From assembly GCA_038087875.1 (NCBI GenBank), contig CM075990.1:8868001-8932000 (forward strand): a DNA stretch of 64,000 nt. Reading direction: 5' to 3'. Shown here piece after piece: positions 12,989 through 24,629 of the stretch. Positions within the stretch are counted from its first letter, which is position 1. Each line of letters begins with the position of its first letter. A program made the translations under genes and the position numbers. The DNA is from Malacoraja senta. Taxonomy: Eukaryota. The notes under the pieces were generated by a model. It had not been told where the DNA came from. It made no database searches and saw only the letters and a program-made list of their open reading frames with translations.

Positions 12989-14112
12989 TATATATCAGTT
13001 TAATGGTTTTGACTCATATGGTGCAACCAAAAACCTCAGAACTCTGGGTGCTGGGTGGTCGTCCCGAACCTTTAAATTTATGTTACATCTCCTTCCTGTA
13101 TGATACCTTAATAAGAAAAAAAAGAAAGAATGTGATGTGAAATTAATTTTAAAAAAATTAAACAAATAGGAATCATGATAGTGATTTAAAAAAAAAGTGA
13201 TGTTAAGGTATCTAAGAGAAGATACCTCAAAAACGAGAAGCCACCTACGTTGGCGAAAAATGTATCGACTTCCGTTGATGTTGTTGTACAATGAGCTCCG
13301 TCCCCTTAACAGAGTCTCGTGAAAGACTGCGGACCGTTTCATATATATATATATATTTTTTAAATAAATTTATCAAACCAGAGCAAATAAAAACAGAAAA
13401 AAATCAGAAAAAGAGGAAAAAAATAAAAAAACAAAAATAAAACACAACGTATGTTCAGTTCTATAAGTATATATGCCTTTCCAATTTATCTAACATCTAG
13501 TCTAAACTTTACCATATATATCCACCCAAAATTATTACATTATATCCCATTCTTTATCTTTAATACAAGCAGGTTCCAAGGGGTTAAACAAAACAACGCA
13601 TCTGGATCTTTTCCAAGTGTATGATGCTCCTGCCTCTTTCACACACAATATTAGTTTGTTAGTATTATTATGAACATTTTAGTTAATTACTGTATATTAG
13701 TATATATCATCAATATTAGTTCATTTTCCGTAAACTATTTTAAATTTATTTAATCAAATTTATGTGCACTCCCATTATCTCCTTCCCCGCTCCATGGGTT
13801 ATTCATATTTGCTGCTTACATTAACAGATAATTAGTATTATTAAATTTGTTGGATTAATTGATTATTTATTATTAAAATATAGTAATAACAGATTTTTAT
13901 ATTCCAGTCAGTAATGTCTCATTCCATGTCCCTTATTAATTCCCTCATTAATTCTGTATCTTCAACATCCTTTTGTTTATCTTTAAGTTTTCCATTCAAG
14001 GTGAAACATGGACTGTACTCTCGAAAACACATTCCAGACAGATAAGCATATCTGGTAACTGTCTGGAAAAGTTCCGCCATCTTAATTAGAGCAAAATCTT
14101 GTATTAAAAAGT

Positions 14113-15141
14113 TCAATCTTCATCCTTGTCGTCATCTTGACCCACTGTTTTCTTTACGATATCCTGTGCATACTTAAAAGGATTTTCGGGGTCCGTGAAT
14201 GAACGTTCAGTGTCCTTATAAGTAATCTTCATTTTTGCTCGATAGACCACCCCATATCTCACTTGGGGTATTCCTTTCAGAATATTTCTTGTCTGCGTAA
14301 ACAAGATCCTTTTTTGGACGACTTCAGGGGGGATAATCACGGAAGAATATTATCCCCAAAATATGTAAGATTCTCCCCGTGGATAATCTTATTCAATATA
14401 TTTTCCAGTGAAGAAATGTCGAGGAATTTCACAATTATCTGTCTTGGGGGAGCACTTATCCCTTTTGGAACGCGTCCAACCCGGTGAGCGACATCTATTC
14501 TTGGGTATTTCAGCAGTTTAAAAACATCTTTAAGTAAGTCAGCAACGAAAGTACGTGTATGAGATCCACGCCCCTCTCGTCCTTCCTTTACTCCAACAAT
14601 TCTTAAATTCTGCCTTCTCGATCTCGCCTCCAAGTCCAAACATTTATCAGTCATTCTCACGAGTTGCTCCCCCTCAGATTTTTGTGCTTTTTTCAGACTC
14701 GATATTTCCAAAACCATCTCTTTCATTACAGTCTCCATGTCTTCCATCAGCTTATCAGACTTTTTCATGTTCTCATACATTTTATTAAATTTCTTATTAT
14801 AGTCTTTTTCCATTTTGACACATTCTCCTGTTAATTTTTTATCAAGCTCCTTATACAGCTTCTTCAGCTCCTTTAACTCACCACAAGCAGACTCAATTTT
14901 TTTAGAAAGATTACTCTCCATACTCTCCATTTTCTCCAATGTAGTATTCATTGTAGTATTCATGTCTGTTAGCATTTGCTTCATCTCCTTCTCCTTTTGC
15001 AGCCATTTCAGACAAAGATCCTTGGAAGTAAAACTCTTTTTCTGAGCTTTCTGCTGTCGTTTGCAGAGTTTCAAAAGTTTACTGAAGCTTGAGACTGATA
15101 GTAGCTTTCTTAGGTGCTCGTGAGCGTTTCCCTTTGCTCAT
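14113..15141 (-). pseudogene. L1 ORF1p (coiled-coil plus RRM/CTD), frameshifted
   Basis: Coiled-coil followed by DLEARSRRQNLRIVGVKEG, AHRV and PRQIIVKF. Frameshifts near 14340 and ~15075. Confidence 0.9.
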
Positions 15142-15567
15142 TTAAAACTCCCGTTAAACTCCCGATTTTTCGCGGCGATTTCTGATGACGTCACTTACAC
15201 GACGCCAAACAGCCCCGGTGAGTTTTTAAAAATCGGTCCTGTCTCTCAAAACGGCTTTTTTGCGATTTTAACGGGAGAGGAGCTCAATGCTGCGCCCTTA
15301 CAGCTCCATGGCGCCACCGGATGTCCTAACCTTCAACTAAGTTGATGGGATATTAAAGTTCTCATTGAATAGAAATGTAGCTGACCCACACTGCTGAGGC
15401 TGTTACGTAACACTGGATCCACAGTGATCATCATCATCGGCGGTCACTCGAAATGAGTATGACTGTCCTCTCCATAGGGTATGATGTTATAGTGAACTTG
15501 CAGAAGGATGGATGGAGACTCCACTACATTGATGTAAATATTATAGTGAACTACCACAACCATGATT

Positions 15568-15740
15568 GAGATATAAGATTCTGAAATAACAGCAATAAAG
15601 ATACAACATTGAGCTTTCATATTAGGGATGGAGATATAAGATTCTGAAATAACAGCAATAAAGATACAACATTGAGCTTTCATATTAGGGATGGAGATAT
15701 AAGATTCTGAAATAACAGCAATGAAGATACAACATTGAGC
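15568..15740. repeat. Near-perfect 63-bp tandem repeat (~2.7 copies)
   Basis: gagatataagattctgaaataac starts at 15568, 15631 and 15694. Confidence 0.95.
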
Positions 15741-16506
15741 TGGAGATATAACTGTGCAGAGAACAATTCTGGGGATATGACACTATGCAGCATAAGAGGT
15801 GGATATCATACTGTAGATACAAGGATCTGCATTTGCTGGTTTACAAAAGAAGATGCAAACTATTGGAATAACCCAGTGGGTCAGGCACACCTCTGAAGAA
15901 CAGACTGAAGAAGGGCCCCGACCTGAAATGTCACCTATCCGTGTTCTCCAGAGATGCTGCGTGTCCCGTTTTGTTATTTCAGCACTTTGTGTCTTTTTTA
16001 GATCACACAATGTTCTGGCACGCAGTGATGGGACATTACAATGTGCTGCTACATAGTGATTAGGCTGTTGAATGTGCTGCCTCCACAGTGATTGTGATAT
16101 TACCGTATTCTGACACAAACTAATGGAGATATTTCAGTGTGCAGACACATAGCTGTGGAGAGGAGGCAGGGCGGGTGGAATACAACTGTGAGCAGCCATG
16201 ACAATAGACATATGAAGGCAGATATTGTAAATCTCCTGAGCCTGGTCAAATATATCCATGGACACTGTGGAAAGCCAGGGAAGAAATTGCAGGAGCCCTA
16301 CCTGAGAGATATGAATCATTGTTAGACACGTGATGTCCAGAAGACTGGAGGGTGGCTAATGATGAGTTTATTTCAGAAGAGCTGCAAAAAATACATTTGT
16401 GAGCTATAGACTAGTGAGCCTAATATATGTGGTAGAAAGTTACTGGAGAGGTTTCTGAGGGATAAGATACACATCCATTTGGACATGCAGGAGTTGATTC
16501 GGGATA

Positions 16507-17722
16507 ATAATAATAATAATAATACATTTTATTTGTATAGCGCTTTTCAAGGACTCAAAGTCGCTTTACATGGAGAGTCAAGAACAAAACAAAATAGAGC
16601 AGTAAGACAGAGATGCAAAGGGGAGGGGGACATGGGACTAAGGGTATGCAGAGGTGAAGAGATGGGTCTTGAGGCGGGACTGGAGGATGGTGAGGGACTC
16701 AGAATTTCGAATCAATTGTGGGATGGAGTTCCAGAGCCTGGGAGCTGCCCTGGAGAAGGCTCTGTTTCCAAAAGTGCAGAGGTTGGATTTCGGAATGGAG
16801 AGGAGACCGGCTGATGTGGATCTGAGGGACCGTGAGGGTTGGTAGGGAGAGAGGAGGTCAGTGAGATAAGGGGGGGCCAAGTGGTTGAGGGCTTTGTAGG
16901 TGAGGACCAGGATTTTGTAGATGATCCGGTGGGAAATGGGAAGCCAGTGAAGTTCTTTGAGAACTGGGGTGATGTGGTGCCAGGATTTGGTGTGGGTGAT
17001 GAGTCGGGCGGCTGCATTCTGGACCAGTTGGAGTCGGTTGATGTTGCTGGAATTAATGCCAAAGAGAAGAGAGTTACAGTAGTCCAGTCGGGAGGAGATG
17101 AAGGCATGGATGAGTCTTTCAGCAGCGGGGGGTGTGAGAGAGGGTCTGATTTTGGCAATGTTGTGGAGGTGAAAAAATGATGTTTTGACAACATTGGCGG
17201 ATGTGAGGCTCAAGGGAGAGGGTTGAGTCAAAGATCACGCCAAGGTTGCGGGCCTGAGGAGATGGGGAGACAGTGGTGCCGTCGATAGTGAGAGTGGGGT
17301 TGTTAATTTTGGTAAGTGTTGATTTGGAGCCAATGAGGAGAAATTCTGTTTTGTTACTGTTTAATTTAAGGAAGTTGAGTTGCATCCAAGATTTGATGGC
17401 TGACAGGCAGGAGTTGATAGGGGAGAGAGGGGGGTGGTGGGGGGACTTGGTGCTGAGATAGATCTGGGTGTCATCAGCATAGCAATGGAAGTCCAGGTTG
17501 AAGTGACGGAGTATATGACCAAGGGGGAGGATGTAGATGATGAAGAGGAGGGGACCGAGAACGGAGCCTTGGGGAACGCCTTGAGTGACAGTCGCTGTGG
17601 CAGAGGTGTGGTTATGGAGAGAGATGAAGTGGGATCGGTTGGAAAGGTAGGAACGGAGCCAGCTGAGTGCAGAACCTTCAATGCCAAGGTCTTTAAGTCT
17701 GGTAAGCAGGATGTTATGGTTC
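16507..17722 (-). mobile_element. 5'-truncated L2 LINE with RT C-terminal region
   Basis: GVPQGSVLGPLLF, HCYADDTQ, ISSRLDYCNSLL and LHWLP; (taa)n tail; cgggata duplicated at both junctions. Confidence 0.92.
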
Positions 17723-18841
17723 ACGGGATAGTCAGCATGATTTTGTGCACACAAGATCATGTCTCATGAATGTATTGAGTTTTTTGAAGAAGTAACCAAG
17801 AAGGTTGATGAGAGCAGGGCCATAGATGTTGTCTATATGGACTTCAGCAAGGCATTTGATAAGGTTCTGCATGGAAGGTTAGATTGCATGAGATCAAGGG
17901 AGAGCTAGCTAACTGGATGCTGGACTGGCTTCACGGAAGGAAGCAAAGGATGGTGGTGGAATGTTCTTTTTTGGATGGGAGGTCTGTGACTAGTGGAGTC
18001 CATTGCTGTTTGCCATTCACTTTAACCATTTGGATGAGAATATACAAGGCATGATTAGCAAGTTTGCAGTTGATACTAAAATAAGTGGGATCATAGACAG
18101 TGAAGAGGGTTATCAAGAATAAGAGTGGGATATTGATCAGTAGGCAAATGGGAAAAGGAATGGCTATTGGAGTTTTATCCAGATAGATGTGAGGTATTGC
18201 AGTTGGGGAAATCAAACCAGACCAGAACCTTCACAGTGAATGGTAGGGCCCTTGGGAATGTGGTAGAGCAGAGGGATATAGGATTACTACTTCTCTGAAG
18301 ATGGCATTGCAGTTGGAGAAGAAGGCTTTGGCATGTGGTTTTCATCAATCAGGGAATTGAATTTAGAAGTTTAGACATTATTATACATTTGTACAAGACA
18401 CACTTGGAGTATTGTATTCAGTTTTGGTAACACACCTGTATGAAACTTGCCATTAAGCTGGAAAGCAAGCAGAGAAGATTTATTTAAATGTTGCCAGGAC
18501 TCGAGGGCTTGGGCTATAGGGAGAGGTTGGGCAGGCTAGGACTTTATACCATGGAGCGCAGGAGGCTGAGGGGTGTTCTTATAGAACTGAATAAAATAGT
18601 AAGATTAAACGAGAACTTACCAGTTCAAAGTTTGATCATTATTTTACTTCGGAGTCACATGAGTGACTACGTGAAGATTTCAAAGCTCTGTGATTTCATG
18701 CCGTGGAAACGAGTCCATGCATCACATCTGCCTTAATGACTATGGGAGGAATTGTGTTAACATGTTTAGACATGAATACGACATTGACATCCATGATAAA
18801 TTTATTAACACCAAATTATAGCCCCTATTTATGGGGTGAAA

Positions 18842-19774
18842 TTATATTACAGAACTTAAAATTGTTTCTGCAAACGTTCCAGGTTTAATTACTGGTTTAT
18901 GATAAAATAGTTGGAAAGTTTTCTCCCTTGACCATCCTGCTGTCTTGAGGATTTGGTCCATCGGAACATCCAACTGCATAGCTGCCGATGTAGCTGCAGC
19001 CCTGGTGGAATGAGATTTGAAAATGTTAGTATCCACCCCAGCATTTATTAGAACCTGTTTCAGCCATCTTGAGATGGTCTGGACCGTCACTTTTTTGTGA
19101 GGTTGCTTGTGGCTGATTAATAGTGCCATCTCTTTGCCTCTGATGATTTTCGTGTTCTCCATATATAGCAGTAAATGTCTTACTATACAGAGACGATCAT
19201 CTGTCGGGTAAGCCCTAAATTCTATATTGAGGCCTGCTGACCCCTGTCTGTTCTGCTTGACTAATTCATAAATATGACACGTTATATTTCCAGATGAAGA
19301 AGTCATGTTGTCCAGTCTTAATTTATGTAATGACTGTACCCTTTGTGCTGTGACCAATGCCATCAGCATGACTGTTTTCAGTGTCAGTCTTTGTAGGGAC
19401 AGAGCTGTTGCTGGAGACCAATTCCTTAGCATAGTCAGGACAATACTCACATCCCATATTTGGGAGTACCTGGTTCTTGGGGGATTGATATTAAAAATTC
19501 CCCTCATAAGTTTTGTTACCAGGGGGTGAGTCCCAACAGAATGACGCTCTGTTCCTTGGTATAGATATGTTGACAGGGCACTTCTGGCGCAGTTGATGGC
19601 ACTATAACTGAGCCCCTCATCGTAATGGAGGCCTGCCAGGAATTCCAGAACAGACAGGATGTTCATTGATCTGTAGGTGATGTTGTTTCTGTGACAGTAC
19701 ATCTCCCATTTCCTGATGTATACCAGGTACTGTTTTTTGGTGGACTGTCTGTGGGCCGCTGAAATAATGTTCAC
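18842..19774 (-). CDS. DIRS tyrosine recombinase (open frame, 310 aa)
   Basis: LSYSAINCARSALS; catalytic residues R (AQRVQS), HxxR (SHSTR), W (AGW) and Y (FQLFY). Confidence 0.92.
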   Translation of the reverse strand: MNIISAAHRQSTKKQYLVYIRKWEMYCHRNNITYRSMNILSVLEFLAGLHYDEGLSYSAINCARSALSTYLYQGTERHSVGTHPLVTKLMRGIFNINPPRTRYSQIWDVSIVLTMLRNWSPATALSLQRLTLKTVMLMALVTAQRVQSLHKLRLDNMTSSSGNITCHIYELVKQNRQGSAGLNIEFRAYPTDDRLCIVRHLLLYMENTKIIRGKEMALLISHKQPHKKVTVQTISRWLKQVLINAGVDTNIFKSHSTRAAATSAAMQLDVPMDQILKTAGWSREKTFQLFYHKPVIKPGTFAETILSSVI

Positions 19775-19812
19775 TGTTCGGTCCGTCAGTCCCAGTTGCA
19801 GTAGAGGTACTT

Positions 19813-20382
19813 TTAGACTCTACAAATTAATAAGTTCATATGGTTATGACATGGGTGGCTTTCCCTTGTTACGGGATGAACCAGTAAATCTGGTCTATGC
19901 CAGATGGTGATGCATGGTTCTAATACCATGTTGAGTATCACAGGGAACCATGGTTGAGTAGGCCAATCGGGTACTACCAAAATACCAGACGCAGAGTCTT
20001 GCTGTATTTTCCGTAATATCCGACTGATGAGGCAGAAAGGAGGGAATGCATAAATAAACAATTTCCCCCAATGCAGCGAAAATGCATCTGTCGCCGCTGC
20101 CCCAGGGTCTGGTTCCCATGAAACATAATTTGATAACTGGTGATTAAGCCTGGATGCGAATAGATCGATATCTGGTGTTCCATACCATGCTGTAATATCA
20201 GCAAATACTTTTTTATCCAACATCCATTCGGTGTTTTCATTAAATTTGCGTGACCTGGTGTCTGCCACTGAATTTAGTTTACTTGGTAGGTAAGTGGCTG
20301 ATATCCAAATATTTTTCTGGATACACCATTGCCAAATTGTGTTGGCCAGATTGTCACATGATGTCGATTTGTTTCCACCCAT
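19813..20382 (-). pseudogene. DIRS RNaseH end plus Dam-like DNA adenine methyltransferase domain
   Basis: NSVADTRSR, IDLFASRLN, YAFPPF and VPDWPTQPWFP. Frameshifted from the upstream RT/RNaseH frame. Confidence 0.85.
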
Positions 20383-22330
20383 GTGATTGTTTCCACGGTG
20401 GTATTGTCAATCTAACATGCTGGTGATATAACCCAGAACAATATGACTTTAGGCCATGGAATGCACCCAACATTTCCAGGTAGTTTATGCCCAGTGTTTG
20501 TAACAATGACGCCTCTTGTGCATTCCATCTACCTCCACAGCTGGAGATGGAATTGGTAGCACCCCAACCAAGTGCACTGGCATCAGTTTGCAGCACCATA
20601 GAAGGGTTGCTGATAACGATTGGATTGGAACAATGCCGACTGTTATCTGTCCACCATTTCAGTTCAATTATGGCTTCGATTGGTAGCTTCATTGGTCTGT
20701 CAAAATGACCAGCATTAACTTTGAGTGCTCGTATTTTTGCCCTCTGTAAATTTTGATAATGTAAAGGTCCAAATTGTGTGGCTGGAAAGGCAGCCACTAT
20801 TTTGCCAATTATTCTTGCTACCAATCTGATGGATGGTTTACTGATGTCAATGAGGTTATTGCAAGCCTCTTTTAAGGCTATAGCCTTTTCTTTAGGCAAA
20901 GTCACCGACATGTGAACTGAGTTAATGGTGAACCCCAAATAATCCATTGTGGTGGAAGGGTTTAATTTAGATTTAACTGGATGGATGATAAACCCCAGTT
21001 TTTCAAATAATAGTTTTGTGGCTGTTACCATTTCTTTGGCCAAGTCCAAAGCTTTGCCCACAATAAGTATGTCATCTAGTTATGCCATCACCATGTGTTT
21101 TTGCTTCCGCAGAAACGATAGGGCTGGTTTCAAAATTTTAGTGAACAGCCTGGGGGCTGATGTTAGCCCATTTGGTAGTGCTCTGTACTGCCAGAGCTGT
21201 CCCATCCAGTTGAATTTTAAATAACATCTGTGGTCACCTCGTATAGGCACTGAATAGTAAGCATCTTTTAAATCGATGCTAGCCATGAAGTAACCTTTGG
21301 AAATCAATTGTTTAGCAGTAACAAAGGTTTCCATTTTGAAATGAATATATTGTACAAAAATATTCAAATTTGTCAAATCTATGATGATGCGACAACCAAC
21401 ATCTTTTTTGTTTTTGGTAAAGATATTGGACACAAATTCGAGCGATTCGTGTTTTTTTTTTCAATTACCCCTTTTGCGTAAAGGCTCTGTCTCACGGTGT
21501 TGCGGTCATCGGCGGTGAAGCGCGGCGTCGCCGGTAGAGGGGACCGCACGGCAACGGCGAGAGCGCCGAGCCTATGCCACGGGAGAACCGCACGGATGCT
21601 GCGCGGGGGCCGAGTGATTTAAGTACGGCTGGTCCCACGAGCTTGCGGTAAGTAAAAAAAAAGGGCGGGCCGACTGCGATGACGTCATTTCGGATCTGCG
21701 GGGCTGTGGCGGCGGCAGTGCTGATCGCGGCGCTGTGGCGGCGGCTGTGGCGGCGGCCGTGCTGATCGCGGCGCTGTGGCGGCGGCCGTGCCGCACACGT
21801 GCCTCACTGGCGGAGGCTGTGGCGGTGAAGGTTCTACTCACGGCGCTCGTGCCACACTGGCGGCGGCTGTGGCGGCGACCGTGCCGCACTCGTGCATCAC
21901 TGGCGACGGCTGTGCGGTAGGAAAATATTTTTGAACAGTGTTGGTTTTATTTTAGCACCGTGCGGTGTTGGGAACAACGCCGCACGGCCACGGAATTGTG
22001 CGTTTGACCGAGTGCGCGGTCTATGGCGGCCCAGGAGCGGTGGATTCTTCCTGTTTCACCGCCAATGACCGCAGACTCGTGAGACAGGCCTTTTAAGCCG
22101 CTCCAGTTCAGCATGTGCGTCTGATTTTTCTTTACCTGAAAGTACGAACATTCGGTTCGATACATGCTGAACTGGAGGGCTATGTTTGTGTATAAAATCT
22201 ATGGTATATCCCTGGATACTGCTTAAAATATAAGTGTCTGTAGTTAACATACTCCATGCATCCAGAAAGAAGTGTAATCTCCCACCAACCTCCATACTCC
22301 CTGCAATTCGTAAGGAACCAGACCCACCTA
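20354..22330 (-). pseudogene. DIRS reverse transcriptase/RNaseH, inactivated
   Basis: VGGRLHFF, IDLKDAYYSVPI and LPNGLTSAPRLFTK. The YLDD motif reads *LDD (TAA at ~21080). QTDASALGWG and INYLEM follow. Split by the MITE at 21482-22092. Confidence 0.92.
21482..22092. mobile_element. PIF/Harbinger-type MITE inserted in DIRS pol
   Basis: ~38-bp imperfect TIRs aggctctgtctcacggtgttgcggtcatcggcggtgaa and ttcaccgccaatgaccgcagactcgtgagacaggcctt, flanked by TAA and TTA. Removing it restores ELERLYAKGVIE. Confidence 0.8.
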
Positions 22331-23614
22331 CCTCCATAGTTACCAGTGGCAGGTTTACTTCTTTTTGTGAATCCTTCGTGGAGGTTGAGGCACCGGTGTC
22401 TGGGTTTGTGGTTGGATTGGCGTTGGGGTTTGCGCATCTTCCACGAAGGCCGGTCTGGGCCATGGCCTAAAAAAGACTGATGTGCGGTGTACCTGGCCTT
22501 TGAGCTTTCACCAGTTTGTCTTGTTGTACTGGTGGGTGCATAAGGGTGCTGTTTATGACTATAGTAGGTTTTTGATGATGCCGCTTTGATGAGCCCCAGG
22601 GTTTTTGCCTCCTCATCGAGCTCTTTGACTTGTTTGGATAGGTCACCTCCAAATAGTAAAATTGGTGGTTTTATATTTCCAGGTTTGCACAGACCTGCAA
22701 ATTTCGGGTTTAAAGCAGGTCGGATGGCACTCTTCCTGATGATGTTTAGTATTACAGAGCAGTGCCAGTGCATCCTGTTGATCCTGCGACATCTCCTTTT
22801 CATCTACTGTGCGGGCGAAAGCTGTTATTCCCGTTGTTAGGAGCTTCAGTACTTTTTGGAGTTTGACATCCATGCCTCTAACTCCTGCTCTGACGTGTTT
22901 CCATATGCAATTATTCACAATAGGAACATTCAGGGATGTACAGTTCCCTGGTGGCAAATGTCTTGCCGTGGTGTCCATTACAGCCTGTTCCTGTGGCTGC
23001 TTAAATGACATATAGTCAATACTGGCAGCTAGTTTCGGTTCCAGGTTTCGGCCAGTTTGGTCTGGCTGTATGAATTGGGACACCATGTCCAGTAGATTTT
23101 GGTCTTCCTGCACCCCTCGCACACTTGATGTTTGTTCTGCAAACCCCTCTTCAGAGTCAGCCCAGAATTGACCCCCAGTACTCTCCTCTGACGAGGGAGA
23201 TGCACTGTGCAGACCTACAAGAGGTGCTGCTGTAGGTGTAATATATTGCCCACAGTGACTTGACTCCATCTCCCGGAGCCTGCCACGTTGGAGCATTTGC
23301 TCCATAAGCCGCTCCATCCGGCTCCAGCGTTCATGGTCGCTGGCCGCTCGCGGCTGCTCAAAGTCGGACTCATCCGAGTCAAATACTCTATTAGACTTTT
23401 GTATTGCCTTACCGCCCGGCCGCGGTCTAGATTTGGCCAGTGCGGGGCCGAAGTCGGGCACAGCTGTTCCCATTACGGGTGATTCATGTGCCGCTGGCCG
23501 CTGCTGGCTGCCCGTAACTCCGCGGTCCTCCCTCGCCAGCTTTGTAGCAGCCTTCTTAGTTTTCCTTGTCTTGTCCATTGACTCCACACCTGCAACACAG
23601 TATGGAGAGAACAA
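22180..23614 (-). pseudogene. DIRS ORF1 (gag-like), frameshifted
   Basis: Lies upstream of pol. PGNCTSLNVPIVNNCIW, DVKLQKV, RPALNPKFAGLC and LLFGGDL are typical of DIRS ORF1. Confidence 0.8.
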
Positions 23615-24629
23615 AAAGAACGCAGAGTATCTCTTACCTGCAGTTCCCGGCTCTTAAATTTGCCGCTGAGGGGGAACATCGTTCCACCCGTGTGACTGTT
23701 TCGCAAATCGTGTAGCGATATGACACGCATGCGTCCTGGCGGGGTTCTTCACGTAGTCACTCACGTGACTCCGAAGTAAAATCATAATGGGCATAGATAA
23801 AGTGATTGCACAGAGGGTTACCCCCCCAAGCTATGGGAATCAAGAACTAGAGGGCATAGGTTTAAGGTGAGGGAGAAAGGATTTAAAAGGAACCTGCGGA
23901 TCAACTTTTACACAGATAGGGTGGTACGTATATAGAATGAACTGCTGGAGGAGGTAATTGAGCAGGTACTTTAGCAATATTTAAAAGACATTTGGACAAG
24001 TTATTGGCCAAACGTGGGCAAGTGGGACTATTTCAGATGGGGCATCGGCTGGCATGGACGAGTTGGGGCAGTTGTGCTGTATGACTATGATTCTGACATT
24101 AATGGCGATATTACAGTCTGCTGACACAATAGTGATGGTGGCGTTATACTGTATTGAAACAAAGGCGTATAATATTACTGTGCGCTGACACAGTAACAGT
24201 GTGATGCCACAATAGTAATGGGGATGTTGCCGTCTGGTGTCATACGAGTCATGGATACATGGGGTGTAATGGGGACATCTGCAATGTATAATGATACAGG
24301 TGATGAGATATTACAATATGCTGCAACAATAGCAATGAGGATATTGCAAGTATTTCCACCACAGCAGAAAATATAACTGTCCTGATTACAGTGAAGATAA
24401 TATTACAGTGCTCTGTAACAACAGTGATGGGGATATGACAGTGTGTGGACACAAATGTGCTGCAATCATGGCAGTGTGCAAGGATACATTGCAGAGATTG
24501 CAACGTACTGACACAAGAGTGATGTGGATGTCACACTGTGCTGAATAATGCTGTACTGTGGATAATATAGTATAAATGATGGTTAATTCACATTTTGCTG
24601 GCAATGTGATGCAATGGATTGTTACACGA

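Larger units (their letters stand above)
8753..15326 (-). mobile_element. Full-length decayed LINE-1 (5'UTR, ORF1, ~1.1-kb inter-ORF, ORF2, 3'UTR, polyA)
   Basis: 17-bp TSD taaccttcaactaagtt at 8736-8752 and 15327-15343. T-run (polyA on minus strand) from ~8751. ORF1 and ORF2 homology. Confidence 0.95.
18593..23782 (-). mobile_element. DIRS1-type tyrosine-recombinase retrotransposon, apparently full length
   Basis: gag, RT, RNaseH, methyltransferase and YR ORFs in order. 37-bp inverted match 18641-18677 vs 23746-23782 (1 mismatch). Terminal hairpin 18593-18645. aaaat shared at both junctions with the host CR1. Confidence 0.95.
16330..24095 (+). mobile_element. CR1 LINE (RT region plus 3' end) split into three pieces (~16330-16506, ~17723-18597, ~23778-24095)
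   Basis: PEDWRVAN, a degenerate SQHGF motif, VDESRAIDVVYMDFSKAFDKV and LGYRERLGRLGLY. CR1 sequence is continuous across the L2 and DIRS junctions. Confidence 0.85.
5280..24600. repeat. Degenerate ~31-34-bp minisatellite (approx. gatattacagtgtgctgacacaatagtgatggg), surviving in blocks ~5280-6640, ~8260-8735, ~15345-16200 and ~24100-24600
   Basis: Recurrent gatattacag(t)gtgctg and acaatagtgatgg motifs at ~33-bp spacing, with blocks separated by TE insertions. Confidence 0.8.

Noticed and set aside
15568..15740. Regular repeats as a CRISPR array
   Set aside because: Head-to-tail repeats with no unique spacers, no cas genes, and a eukaryotic context.
18842..20382. Prophage integrase and methylase, or bacterial contamination
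   Set aside because: Both lie in the canonical DIRS order after gag-RT-RNaseH, within defined termini inside a CR1.
21572..21920. Ala/Arg-rich ORFs as an extra DIRS gene
   Set aside because: They arise from GC-rich tandem repeats inside the MITE.
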